Assembly: GCF_003918875.1 (NCBI RefSeq)
Contig: NW_025767679.1
Location: forward strand, 248,001 to 312,000
Length of the DNA stretch: 64,000 nt
Origin: Haliotis rubra
Taxonomy: Eukaryota
Direction of reading: 5' to 3'
The position numbers and the translations under genes were made by a program. Positions 11,792 to 23,456 of this stretch are shown piece by piece. Below the pieces are notes generated by a model. That model saw only the letters and a program-made list of their open reading frames with translations. It did no database searches and was not told the origin of the DNA. Each line of letters opens with the position of its first letter. The first letter of the stretch is position 1.

Positions 11792-12030
11792 ACCCTTGAA
11801 GATCCGGGTTAGAATTGATCTTCAGTAGCCCATGTTTGTCGTAAGAGTCGACTAACGGGATCGGGTAGTCGCTGACTTGATTGACACATGTCATCGTATC
11901 CCAGTTGCGTATATCGATGCTCATGCTGTTGATCATTGGATGTCTGGTCAAGACTCGTTTATTTACAGAACGCCGCCATATAGCTGGAATATTGCTGAGT
12001 GCGGCGTAAAACTAAACCCACTCACTCACT
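11792..12030 (+). mobile_element. Family B SINE-like element, full length
   Basis: ACCCTTGAAGATCCGGGTTAGAATTGATCTTCAGTAGCCCATGTTTGTCGTAAGAGTCGACTAACGGG head. Tail GCTGGAATATTGCTGAGTGCGGCGTAAAAC+(CACT)n. Confidence 0.85.
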
Positions 12031-13324
12031 ATTTGCGTGAATTATTTTTATACGTTCTGATTCGCAAAAGGTACCGATGTTGTTGGTTACCATTGCCAAT
12101 AATTATTAGATTCGCCCAATATCTGCAACATACTCAACTTATGCATAGCTTAACACACACTACCGTTATCAATTTACAAACAGTGTACAGTTAGCTACGG
12201 TTAAAAATACATACATTAAGTAAAGATAGTTTTTCAGTCTTGACTATTTGCACGTTAGATAAGGACACACAAAATGTGAATTCTATAAAAATATTAATGA
12301 AGATGATATCTCTCAAGTACATAATGTATAAAATATATTTTTATTAAGAAATATGCCTTGTCTGGGCAGACAAAATTTCATTACGAGACCGACCCTGTCT
12401 ACACCATTCTCTTGACACAGTCCGGATCACGTTTTACAGTGAAGTCATATTTTTCATCTATTTTTCAGGTCCCAGTCGGAATTTCCCCGCACGACAGACT
12501 CATAACTGCCCTCAGAGCAGCACAAGATATTGCAGTTGTGGAGAGGCTCGTGACGATAGAAGCCATCGCATCCTCATCGAATGAAAGCATACTGAAAAAC
12601 TGGTTAGTTTTCACGGACCAGGAACATAACAAAATCATCGTCTTTTGTCACTGTTGGCTGTATCTTACAGAGATTTCCTTGACGTGTCGAAGGACAATTA
12701 CCATCTGTTAAACCTCTGAACGGTATGCCCAATTTAGCCAAGTGAGTGTTGGAAAACAGGATTCTGCATGCTTCGTCCTCTGAAGTGTAATATGGTCTCA
12801 TTCATTACTTTCATCACACGCTTCTCTGTTTATTGCACTGCGGAATGAGACTTCTCCAGCCTTTGCTAATATACTCGGGATTTTATTAAGATGCTAAACG
12901 TATTTCTTCCTGCGTTAGGGCGCCAGCAGTACACAAGTGAGTGTTGTGGAATAGTGATGGATCAGAGACTTCAGATTGGAGGATTTTTACTGTGAAAAGA
13001 ATTGTGCCAGGGTTTTTGTGGACTTGGTGCCAACATCCCAGTTCCTTCTCTGAATTCAAAGGTTCTTTGGGGTTTCCTGCTTTCATTGAATTATTGATAA
13101 TCAACAGTAACAAATTCTAAACAATAACATTTTTTTCGGAACTGTCTAAGGATCAAAGGACCTCCAACAGACCATCGATTCCTCCGTGTTTACGTCAGTC
13201 CTTTGCTATTAATCCTTTGCTATTAAGCTGACAGGTATAGATTTAAAGCAGAAGGTCGAAGTTAAGAGAAAACGGAGACATTTTGGAATTATTTGTGATT
13301 TCGGAGCGGAATTATCCTGCTAAC

Positions 13325-13432
13325 ATGACGACACCATTATCAACAACGACGATGTATGACACCGGGTTCAACGACAGTGACCTTACGGTATCAACGAACA
13401 CCACGCCAACCGACGTTTTTTACTTTTACAAG
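13325..13432 (+). CDS. First coding exon of a CCAP/neuropeptide-S receptor-like GPCR (extracellular N-terminus)
   Basis: aacATG start. Encodes MTTPLSTTTMYDTGFNDSDLTVSTNTTPTDVFYFYK (36 codons, Ser/Thr-rich, N-glycosylation sequons NDS and NTT) and ends at a phase-0 donor AAG|GTATGT. FYFYK joined to TEQ of the next exon rebuilds the FYFYxTEQ motif that precedes TM1 in CCAP receptors. Confidence 0.85.
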
Positions 13433-13909
13433 GTATGTATCAATGCAATAAGTATGTGAAATATTCAAACATGTTTGCAACTGATGCCGGTAAAATTATA
13501 AAAGATGAAGAACATTTTAAGAAAATTCAGATTATCCATCGGTCGACATCATGAGCACCGATCCAAAGCAACTGGAAACTGTCACGTGCAATAATCAACG
13601 TCACATAACCAGATCTATTCCGTCGCCGACAACAAGCATCAATTCCTTGTGACTCATATTCCCAACGTCATCCCCCACGCGCCTATAGAGTATCAAGACA
13701 ATACCATTGGTGATTCTTTAAATTTAAAGTCTCAAATAATGTCAAAACGAAATGAGGTTGTATGAATATCTGTAACTGACACATGATCACAACTCCTTAG
13801 TATCCAGATGTGTGAGAAGTTGTGGGATGTAGGACTATAGAATACCGGTATGTTGATTTGTATACTTTAGACATTGAAGTCACTTTTGACAACATTCATA
13901 CCGATGATA

Positions 13910-14142
13910 TATACCATTAAAGAAGTAGGGGATATTCCATTTTGCGAGCATACCACTAGCCACTGCCAATGCATATGAGAAAAAATAATATCTGTCCATA
14001 CAGATGAAAATTTCCAAACGAATGGAATGAATTGTCACATTTTCCCTTAATTTCTCTTCATCATGTGTTTCCTCCTTGGCTTCTTCATTTGCATTTTATC
14101 GATCGTGTAAATCCAATATCCCCTACTTTTTTGAATGGTATA
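13910..14142. mobile_element. ~230-bp Tc1/mariner-type MITE
   Basis: TIRs TATACCATTAAAGAAGTAGGGGATATT and AATATCCCCTACTTTTTTGAATGGTATA, flanked by TA. Confidence 0.7.
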
Positions 14143-14373
14143 TATTACATTGAGTGTTTGGTTTCTTCTCTCAAAATTATTGGACTACGTTTATATGTAA
14201 CATAGAACTGTGTCTGTGTTCAGCTTAAATATATTATCTTTGAGACGGAATATATCTTATGTGAGCTGAAAGTAAATTGCTTTCATACTTTACATACATC
14301 TTCCAATCTGTATCATATAATTCATATCGTATGTCTTTACAAGTGCTATTATAACTAGTCCTGTGTAAATGAC

Positions 14374-15341
14374 CACGTCAAAGTTTCATGTCTGGGGTAA
14401 CAGTAAATATGATGTTCAGTAAGTATGTTCTCTGTAGCCTTCACGTCAAAGTTTCATGTCTGGGGTAACAGTAGATATGATGTTCAGTAAGTATGTTCTC
14501 TGTAGCCTTCACGTCAAAGTTTCATGTCTGGGGTAACAGTAGATATGATGTTCAGTAAGTATGTTCTCTGTAGCCTTCACGTCAAAGTTTCATGTCTGGG
14601 GTAACAGTAGATATGATGTTCAGTAAGTATGTTCTCTGTAGCCTTCACGTCAAAGTTTCATGTCTGGGGTAACAGTAGATATGATGTTCAGTAAGTATGT
14701 TCTCTGTAGCCTTCACGTCAAAGTTTCATGTCTGGGGTAACAGTAGATATGATGTTCAGTAAGTATGTTCTCTGTAGCCTTCACGTCAAAGTTTCATGTC
14801 TGGGGTAACAGTAGATATGATGTTCAGTAAGTATGTTCTCTGTAGCCTTCACGTCAAAGTTTCATGTCTGGGGTAACAGTAAATATGATGTTCAGTAAGT
14901 ATGTTCTCTGTAGCCTTCACGTCAAAGTTTCATGTCTGGGGTAACAGTAGATATGATGTTCAGTAAGTATGTTCTCTGTAGCCTTCACGTCAAAGTTTCA
15001 TGTCTGGGGTAACAGTAAATATGATGTTCAGTAAGTATGTTCTCTGTAGCCTTCACGTCAAAGTTTCATGTCTGGGGTAACAGTAGATATGATGTTCAGT
15101 AAGTATGTTCTCTGTAGCCTTCACGTCAAAGTTTCATGTCTGGGGTAACAGTAGATATGATGTTCAGTAAGTATGTTTCTCTGTATGTTCTCTCAGCCAG
15201 CCTTCACGTCAAAGTTTCATGTCTGGGGTAACAGTAAATATGATGTTCAGTAAGTATGTTCTCTGTAGCCTTCACGTCAAAGTTTCATGTCTGGGGTAAC
15301 AGTAGATATGATGTTCAGTAAGTATGTTCTCTGTAGCCTTC
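14374..15341. repeat. 68-bp minisatellite, 14 nearly identical units
   Basis: Unit CACGTCAAAGTTTCATGTCTGGGGTAACAGTA(G/A)ATATGATGTTCAGTAAGTATGTTCTCTGTAGCCTT, starting at 14374, 14442 and so on. One unit near 15180 has a ~16-bp insertion. Confidence 0.97.
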
Positions 15342-17840
15342 CATCGTTACTCAGGCACACTTGCGTGATACTTGTCCACTGGGGAATCTGAAAATCAGGA
15401 TGTATACTTTAGATTGCAGTGCATCAGAAATGTTGTAAATGGTATATGGTATTGTTTGGAGTAATGTACATAATATTTGGTTAGGTCTTTCTGCATCATG
15501 TAAACGGTTGGGTCACGATGTTTTTATAGAATATTGTAAATGCCTTGTCAATACACAGAGTCGATAAATCGAATTGTAAATATGAAGAAATGGACTACGA
15601 ATTGTATTATGTTATCCTTTGCCGAGTAAAATATTAATTATTTATACCTAATATATGGTATTTATTGTACGGAAAAACGTTATCATTTCTTTAAGATGTA
15701 CTGCCTGTTTATGAAGTAATTTGTCTTAATGAAGTAGCTGTAAATAACCGCACATGAATACAATATTTGACTTAATCGTCCAGTTAATCTTATCCTGCAG
15801 ATATTTTTGTCTACAGAACCCATTGTGAACTCACATTGACTCATTTCAGAATCTCTGTGTATGTAAAATGGGAACGTTAATCAACAGTTTATTGTGAAAG
15901 AAAGGCATTTCATCGATGCATAGATTTTGAAAGTAGTTTCTGCTGTGCCATCATCTTTATCGGAAGGTGATACCACGTTTATCGGATCGGTTTATCTCAC
16001 CTGAAACATTAACCGTTGTATGATAAAATACATTTCCTTCGTGTGTCAATTTGATTGCAGATTGTATATTTTTTTATGGGTCTTGGAGGAATCGTTAACG
16101 ATATTTCAGAAACAGTAATGCTACATCTTCCAAGTGTCCAAAGATTACTTGCACTTTGGTTTTGATCGAATTTTGCACTAAATATGAATGTTTGAGTATC
16201 CTGTTGTCCAAAGGGTGATAACTCTTCTTTTTGAAATGACATAAGCGTCACTCCAATGTGTTGTTTTGGTTTCCTGCTCTATAAAGCGCGGCAAAACTGT
16301 GTGGTATGTGGAGACGGAGATAAGCTCAAACGTTTCACTGTTACATCTTCATAGAATGTCGTAAACTAGCACATGTTTTGTAGTGATTGCTAGGATACAG
16401 TACCCATCCCTTAGCGACACATAGGGATACGCGCACGCACGCGCGCACGCCCACCGAAAGACTATGGGATGCATTTTCTGCATCACAAAACAACTAGGGT
16501 AACATTGCATTGTAGAAGTAATGCAAACTTTGTTTATCATTTCCTGTTTTCGTTTCCGTATGTCGTTAACTATTGTAATATTCACATTTGACAAATAGTT
16601 TTCATTCCACGATGGACTGCAACATAATATAAACGGAAACAGATCTACTGGACTGGACTGGTTAACCGTCTACAAGAGTTAGACTACGACGTTCGGCCCA
16701 ATACATGCGCTGTTCGTTTGAGGCCTGGCCCGGCTGGATCAGCGCACTTAGATAAACTGAAAAATCACCTGTTGCTCAGATCTTGAATATAATTTTTAAG
16801 ACTTTATTTTGTTATGGTTTTAGTTTAAATCTATACACAACAGTACATGCGAGAACAGGAACATGTTGTTATGATTTTACTGGGGTATTCTCTCTGAAAT
16901 ACCTGCACTTGTTCACAGTCGTGTTTAAAAGGTTATTATTAGTGTCGGCAAAATCAGTATATGTGCCGTCGTATGACTGGATGTATTTTCAGTCACTTAC
17001 ATTTATTTTCCGGTTTGATTGCAGATAGCAGTCGTGTGACTGTAAACGCTAAGCTATTTATACAAATTATGTGAGTAGCGAGTGCTACTGGAGTGGTAGA
17101 ACATACGGACCCCTTTGGCGAAACACCCGGTGTCATATTGAACATTCAGTAGTAAATTTGTATATTTTTCGCGGCTGTTGTGTCGTTCGCATCGAAAGGA
17201 ACCAGTTTTGTTCGACAACTAGCGAGGATGGTTATTATACGGCGTGGACGTGCACGGTCTTAAACGTTGTATTTAAGTTTAGAATTTGGATGCTTGAACC
17301 CTTCTTAGCTGGCAGGATTTAATGGTTTCTTGTTTCACCAAATCCTTGGTCTGGAACCATCATTGTGCGTCTTCGACCAGTATGACTTTAACATTTTCTC
17401 CCATGCAACACTGTTGCATAATGTTATAAATGAACAGCTGTTGTAAATGGCTTTAGATCCCACGTCCACACTTCTTGTGTAGGATTCCCATTGATCCATT
17501 AGAAGATTACCCTTGAAAAATATTTGCAGTCGAGCTGAGCGAAGCATAATGTCATTTGAATGAAATCGATTGTAAACGATGTTTGAGAATCCAGTGATTC
17601 CTTCGACTTCACTTTGATGTTTCAGTGTGTGCGTGCCAGGCGAACGTTATTAACTCTGGCTCCATAAAACTGTCATATAAATACATATGAAAGTGTATGC
17701 TGTAAACAATGTATGTGTATGGGTGTCGGTATTGTAGTAAAATGGAAATTTGTTCCTACAGTAAAGCTTTGGAAGCTTAAACGCTGAATTTGTTATACCT
17801 GTATTGTCATATTTTGTGAAAAATGTTGGGGGAAAGGGGG

Positions 17841-20800
17841 CTTAACGTCGCGTTCAAGGCTGTTGGAGCTGTTGTTGATGTTGTTGTTGTGCCAGTGTGC
17901 GAGACTAATGCTGGTTTCATAGTGTTAGCCCACTGAGATACCATGCCGAGGTTTTAACATGGATATCCAACTCATTGAGATACCATGCCGAGGTTTAAAC
18001 ATTGATATCAAACTCACAGAGATATCATGCCAAGGCTTTAACATGGATATCAAGCTCACTGAGATACCATGCTGAGATTTTAGCATGGATATCCACCCCC
18101 CTCTGAGATACCATGCTGAGATTTTAACATGGATATCAAACTCACAGAGATATCATGCCGAGGCTTTAACATGGATATCAAACTCACTGAGATACCATGC
18201 TGAGATTTTAACATGGATATCAAACTCACTGAGGTATCATGCCGAGGCTTTAACATTGATATCCAACTCACTGAGATACCATGCCGAGGTTTTAACATGG
18301 ATATCCAACTCACGGAGATACCATGCCGAGGCTTTAACATTGATATCCAACTCACTGAGATACCATGCCGAGGCTTTAACATTGATATCCAACTCACTGA
18401 GATACCATGCCGATGTTTTAACATGGATATCCAACTCACGGAGATACCATGCCGAGGCTTTAACATTGATATCCAACTCACTGAGATACCATGCCGAGGT
18501 TTTAACATGGATATCCAACTCACTGAGATACCATGCCGAGGCTTTAACATGGATATCTAACTCACTGAGATACCATGCCGAGGTTTTAACATGGATATCC
18601 AACTCACTGAGATTCCATGCCGAGGCTTTAACATTGATATCCAACTCACTGAGAGGCCATGCCGAGGTTTTAACATGGATATCCAACTCACTGAGATACC
18701 ATGCAGAGGTTTTAACATGGATATCCAACTCACTGGGATACCATGCCGAGGCTTTAACATGGATATCCAACTCACGGAGATACCATGCCGAGGTTTTAAC
18801 ATTGATATCCAACTCACTGAGATACCATGCCGAGGTTTTAACATGGATTTCCAACTCACTGAGATATCATGCCGAGGCTTTAACATTGATATCCAAGTCA
18901 CCGAGAGGCCATGCCGAGGTTTTAACATGGATATCCAACTCACTGACATATCATGCCGAGGCTTTAACATGGATATCCAACTCACTGAGATATCATGCCG
19001 AGGCTTTAACATTGATATCAAACTCACTGAGATACCATGCCGATGTTTTAACATGGATATCCAACTCACGGAGATACCATGCCGAGGCTTTAACATTGAT
19101 ATCCAACTCACTGAGATACCATGCCGAGGTTTTAACATGGATATCCAACTCACTGAGATACCATGCCGAGGCTTTAACATTGATATCCAACTCACTGAGA
19201 GGCCATGCCGAGGTTTTAACATGGATATCCAACTCACGGAGATACCATGCCGAGGTTTTAACATGGATATCCAACTCACTGGGATACCATGCCGAGGTTT
19301 TAACATGGATATCCAACTCACGGAGATACCATGCCGAGGCTTTAACATGGATATCCAACTCACTGAGAGGCCATGCCGAGGTTTTAACATGGATATCCAA
19401 CTCACTGAGATATCATGCCGAGGTTTTAACATTGATATCCAACTCACTGAGATACCTGAGAGGCCATGCTGAGATGCTTTTTTAAACATGGATATCCAAC
19501 TCACTGAGATACCATGCTCAGGTTTTAACATGGATATCCAACTCACTGAGATACCATGCCGAGGTTTTAACATGGATATCCAACTCACTGAGATACCATG
19601 CCGAGGTTTTAACATGGATATCCAACTCACTGAGATACCATGCCGAGGTTTTAACATTGATATCCAACTCACTGAGATACCATGCTGAGGTTTTAACATG
19701 GATATCCAACTCACTGAGATACCATGCCGAGGCTTTAACATTGATATCCAACTCACTGAGATGCCGAGGATATCCAACTTTAACATTGATATCCAACTCA
19801 CTGAGATCACTGGAGATACCATGCAGAGGCGAGGTTTTAACATGGATATCCAACTCACTGAGATACCATGCCGAGGTTTTAACATGGATATCCAACTCAC
19901 TGAGAGGCCATGATATCCAACTCCGAGATTTTAACATGGATATCCAACTCACTGAGATACCATGCCGAGGTTTTAACATGGATATCCAACTCACTGAGAT
20001 ACCATGCCTGCTGAGATTTTAACATGGATATCCAACTCACTGAGAGGGCCATGCCGAGGATATCCAACTTGAGAACATGGATATCCAACTCACTGAGATA
20101 CCATGCCGAGGCTTTAACATGGATATCCAACTCACTGAGATACCATGCCGAGGTTTTAAACATGGATATCCAACTCACTGATAGGCCTGAGATACCATGC
20201 CGAGGCTTTAACATTGATATCCAACTCACTGAGAGGCCATGCCGAGGTTTTAACATGGATATCCAACTCACGGGATATCCAACTCACTGAGATACCATGC
20301 CGAGGTTTTAACATGGATATCCAACTCACGGAGATACCATGCCGAGGTTTTAACATGGATATCCAACTCACTGAGATACCATGCCGAGGTTTTAACATGG
20401 ATATCCAACTCACTGAGATACCATGCCGAGGCTTTTTAACATGGATATCCAACTCACTGAGAGGCCATGCTGAGGTTTTAACATGGATATCCAACTCACT
20501 GAGACTCACCATGCCGAGGTTTTAACATGGATATCCAACTCACTGAGATACCATGCTGAGATTTTTTAACATGGATATCAACTCACTGAGATACCATGCT
20601 GAGGTTTTAACATGGATATCCAACTCACTGAGATACCACCACATGCCGAGGATACCATGCTGAGGATTTTAACATGGATATCCAACTCACTGAGATACCA
20701 TGCCGAGGTTTTAACATGGATATCCAACTCACTGAGATACCATGCTCCAACTCAGAGTTTTAACATGGATATCCAACTCACTGAGATACCATGCCGAGGC

Positions 20801-21870
20801 TTTAACATTGATATCCAACTCACTGAGATACCATGCCGAGGCTTTAACATTGATATCCAACTCACTGAGATACCATGCCGAGGCTTTAACATGGATATCC
20901 AACTCACTGAGATACCATGCTGAGGTTTTAACATGGATATCCAACTCACTGAGAGGCCATACCGAGATTTTAACATTGATAGCCAACTCACTGAGAGGCC
21001 ATGCCGAGGTTTTAACATGGATATCCAACTCACTGAGATATCATGCCGAGGCTTTAACATGGATATCCAACTCACTGAGAGGCCATGCCGAGGTTTAAAC
21101 ATGGATATCCAACTCACTGAGAGGCCATGCCGAGGCTTTAACATGGATATCGAACTCACTGAGATATCATGCCGAGGCTTTAACATGGATATCCAACTCA
21201 CTGAGATTCCATGCCGAGATTTTAACATGGATATCCAACTCACTGAGATATCATGCCGAGGCTTTAACATTGATATCCAACTCACTGAGAGGCCATGCCG
21301 AGGTTTTAACATGGATATCCAACTCACTGAGGTATCATGCCGAGGTTTTAACATGAATATCCAACTCAGTGAGATACCATGCTGATATTTTAACATGGAT
21401 ATCAAACTCACTGAGATACCATGGCAAGGCTTTAACATGGATATCCAACTCACCGAGATACTATGCCGAGGTTTTAACATGGATATCCAACTCACTGGGA
21501 TACCATGCCGAGGTTTTAACATGGATATCCAACTCACTGAGAGGCCATGCCGAGGTTTTAACATGGATATCCAACTCACTGAGATACCATGCCGAGGTTT
21601 TAACATGGATATCCAACTCACTGAGAGGCCATGCCGAGGTTTTAACATGGATATCCAACTCACTGAGCGGCCATGCCGAGGTTTTAACATGGATATCCAA
21701 CTCACTGAGCGGCCATGCCGAGGTTTTAACATGGATATCCAACGCACTGAGAGGCCATGCCGAGGTTTTAACATGGATATCCAACCCAGACAAAGGATAC
21801 TGACCACGAGCCGACTAGTCCGTGTTTTATTTCCTAATGGCCTGCACCAAATGAGGGAAGCCGAAACCAA
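17841..21870 (-). mobile_element. Family C-related SINE split by internal satellite expansion
   Basis: Left flank TTAACGTCGCG..CTGGTTTCATAGTGTTAGCCCACTGAGATACCATG is the reverse complement of the 3' part of the SINE at ~1412-1533. Right flank CCCAGACA..ATACTGACCACGAGCCGACTAGTCC is the reverse complement of ~1351-1389. Confidence 0.75.
17929..21784. repeat. 42-bp satellite, about 90 units (~3.85 kb)
   Basis: Unit CTCACTGAGATACCATGCCGAGG(T/C)TTTAACAT(G/T)GATATCCAA. It produces the 14-aa periodic ORFs in the track. The central part (~19440-20760) is indel-rich. Confidence 0.98.
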
Positions 21871-22461
21871 CGTAGATCATTGACGCGCCCTCTGCGATAT
21901 GCAGACCATGAAATTAATTTACCGACTAAAGTGTTTTTTTACCAGATTAAAAAAGCACGTTCCAGGAACTGTCATTTCTCCTGGGTTTAATTCCCCCTTT
22001 AAAATGATTTACAATAGCTTTGTTCAATTAGACGAGGTACTGGAAGATTTGGGTCCGTTCACTGGCCTCAGGCTTAAAATAGATAAGGACAATCAAATCC
22101 GATGAGGTAAACATTATCGCCTGTATGTATCATTCACGGCTTTTGCCGTGGTACCAGTGTTGTCGATAGCATCTCAGCCTCTCCAGAAAACCGCCTTCAT
22201 GTTAATAAATGATGGATCCAATACGTTGAAATTACATTCGGCAGTACATACGACTGCGGGCAGTAAATAGGCAACAATGAAATGACCCTACGAAAGATGG
22301 TAGTCTTCTGTTGCTTTTTCGCACATACTTTATTACACATGCATTAACACAAACATAGAAACATTTTTGGAGTCTGTTTTGCAGAGCTATTGGCGGGCAC
22401 ACCATAAGGATAGATAATCTGTTATTATTTGCTTCTTTGTCTATTGTTTTACGCAGCAGTC

Positions 22462-22562
22462 GGGTTCGATTACCCACATGGGTACAATGTGTGAAGCCCA
22501 TTTCTGGTGTCCAAATATTGCTGGAATGTTGCTAAAATCGGCGTAACAATAAACTCAGTCAC
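22462..22562 (+). mobile_element. 5'-truncated family A SINE
   Basis: Starts at GGGTTCGATT and carries the common tail. 12-bp TSD TACGCAGCAGTC at 22450-22461 and 22563-22574. Confidence 0.85.
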
Positions 22563-23317
22563 TACGCAGCAGTCAGACACATTCCCGCTATGCCACGGCC
22601 ACCTGTTAATAATAACACATGGGGCAGACAATCCAGTGGTTGATGGTATGTTCAACCTGTCACGACGTCGACGTCGACGTCCCCGCACGACACTACGCAA
22701 TCAACCACGTCGCCAAGTTTGATCCCCCGATTCCTATCAGTCACCTGTAACGAGTATCATGCGTAAAGCAATAATCACTCACTCACTTTAACAACAAGAC
22801 AACTACTGATTCTTTCTTGGAATCAAAACAATGCTAAAAGTCATGGAAAATGTACGTTGTTGACTTACGTTATCGTCAATCTACGTCAAAAAAAAGGGTT
22901 GTTGACTTACGTTACCGTCTATCTACGTAAAAAAAGGGTTGACTTGTCAAGGTCACGGTGACGCCATCAGTACTTCTGCAACATTAATAGAAGGCGTCGG
23001 TCGTTCCATAGCGTTTGGCCGTTAAGAGTCACGTCAACGTCACATTTGTTAACGATGCGCATTTACAATAGTTTTGTTTTCGATTAAGCTTGACAGTGTG
23101 ATTACTTAGTCGCCAGCATATATCCTCACATCACGAACGTGTGGCAGTGTATTTGACTGATGATGATCGGGATGGGATGAGGCATGGCGTGGAGAGAGTC
23201 GACTGGCGTCAACGTTCACATTCCTCACTAATGTTACCCATCAACTCCCTACGCTGTCAGGTAAAAGTATAACAAAACTATTTTGCTCGACTACAATAAT
23301 TTGAAAACGGTTTTAAA

Positions 23318-23456
23318 GACGTTTTTGGCATTATTCTAGCAATATCACAGCAGGGCACACCGATACATCGGCTTCACACAATTAAACGATAAGAAATGGG
23401 ACCTGAGCCTTCGGCGTGAAGAACGAAAGCTTTGACCGCTAGGCTATCCCATCGCA
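23318..23456 (-). mobile_element. Old, diverged family A SINE (antisense)
   Basis: CTAGCAATATCAC..GGCTTCACACA..CTTCGGCGTGAAGAACGAAAGCTTTGACCGCTAGGCTATCCC is the reverse complement of the family A consensus. No (CACT)n tail remains. Confidence 0.65.

Noticed and set aside
14374-15341. CRISPR-like appearance of the regular arrays (also 5297-6504 and 17929-21784)
   Set aside because: Units are head-to-tail with no unique spacers, there are no cas genes, and the context is eukaryotic.
18080-21883. Long ORFs of up to 466 aa on both strands (MDIQLTEIPCRGFN, WISNSLRYHAEVLT, SWISMLKPRHGISV repeats)
   Set aside because: They are a by-product of a 42-bp unit (a multiple of 3) that lacks stops in several frames. 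The unit derives from a non-coding SINE segment and has frame-breaking indels.
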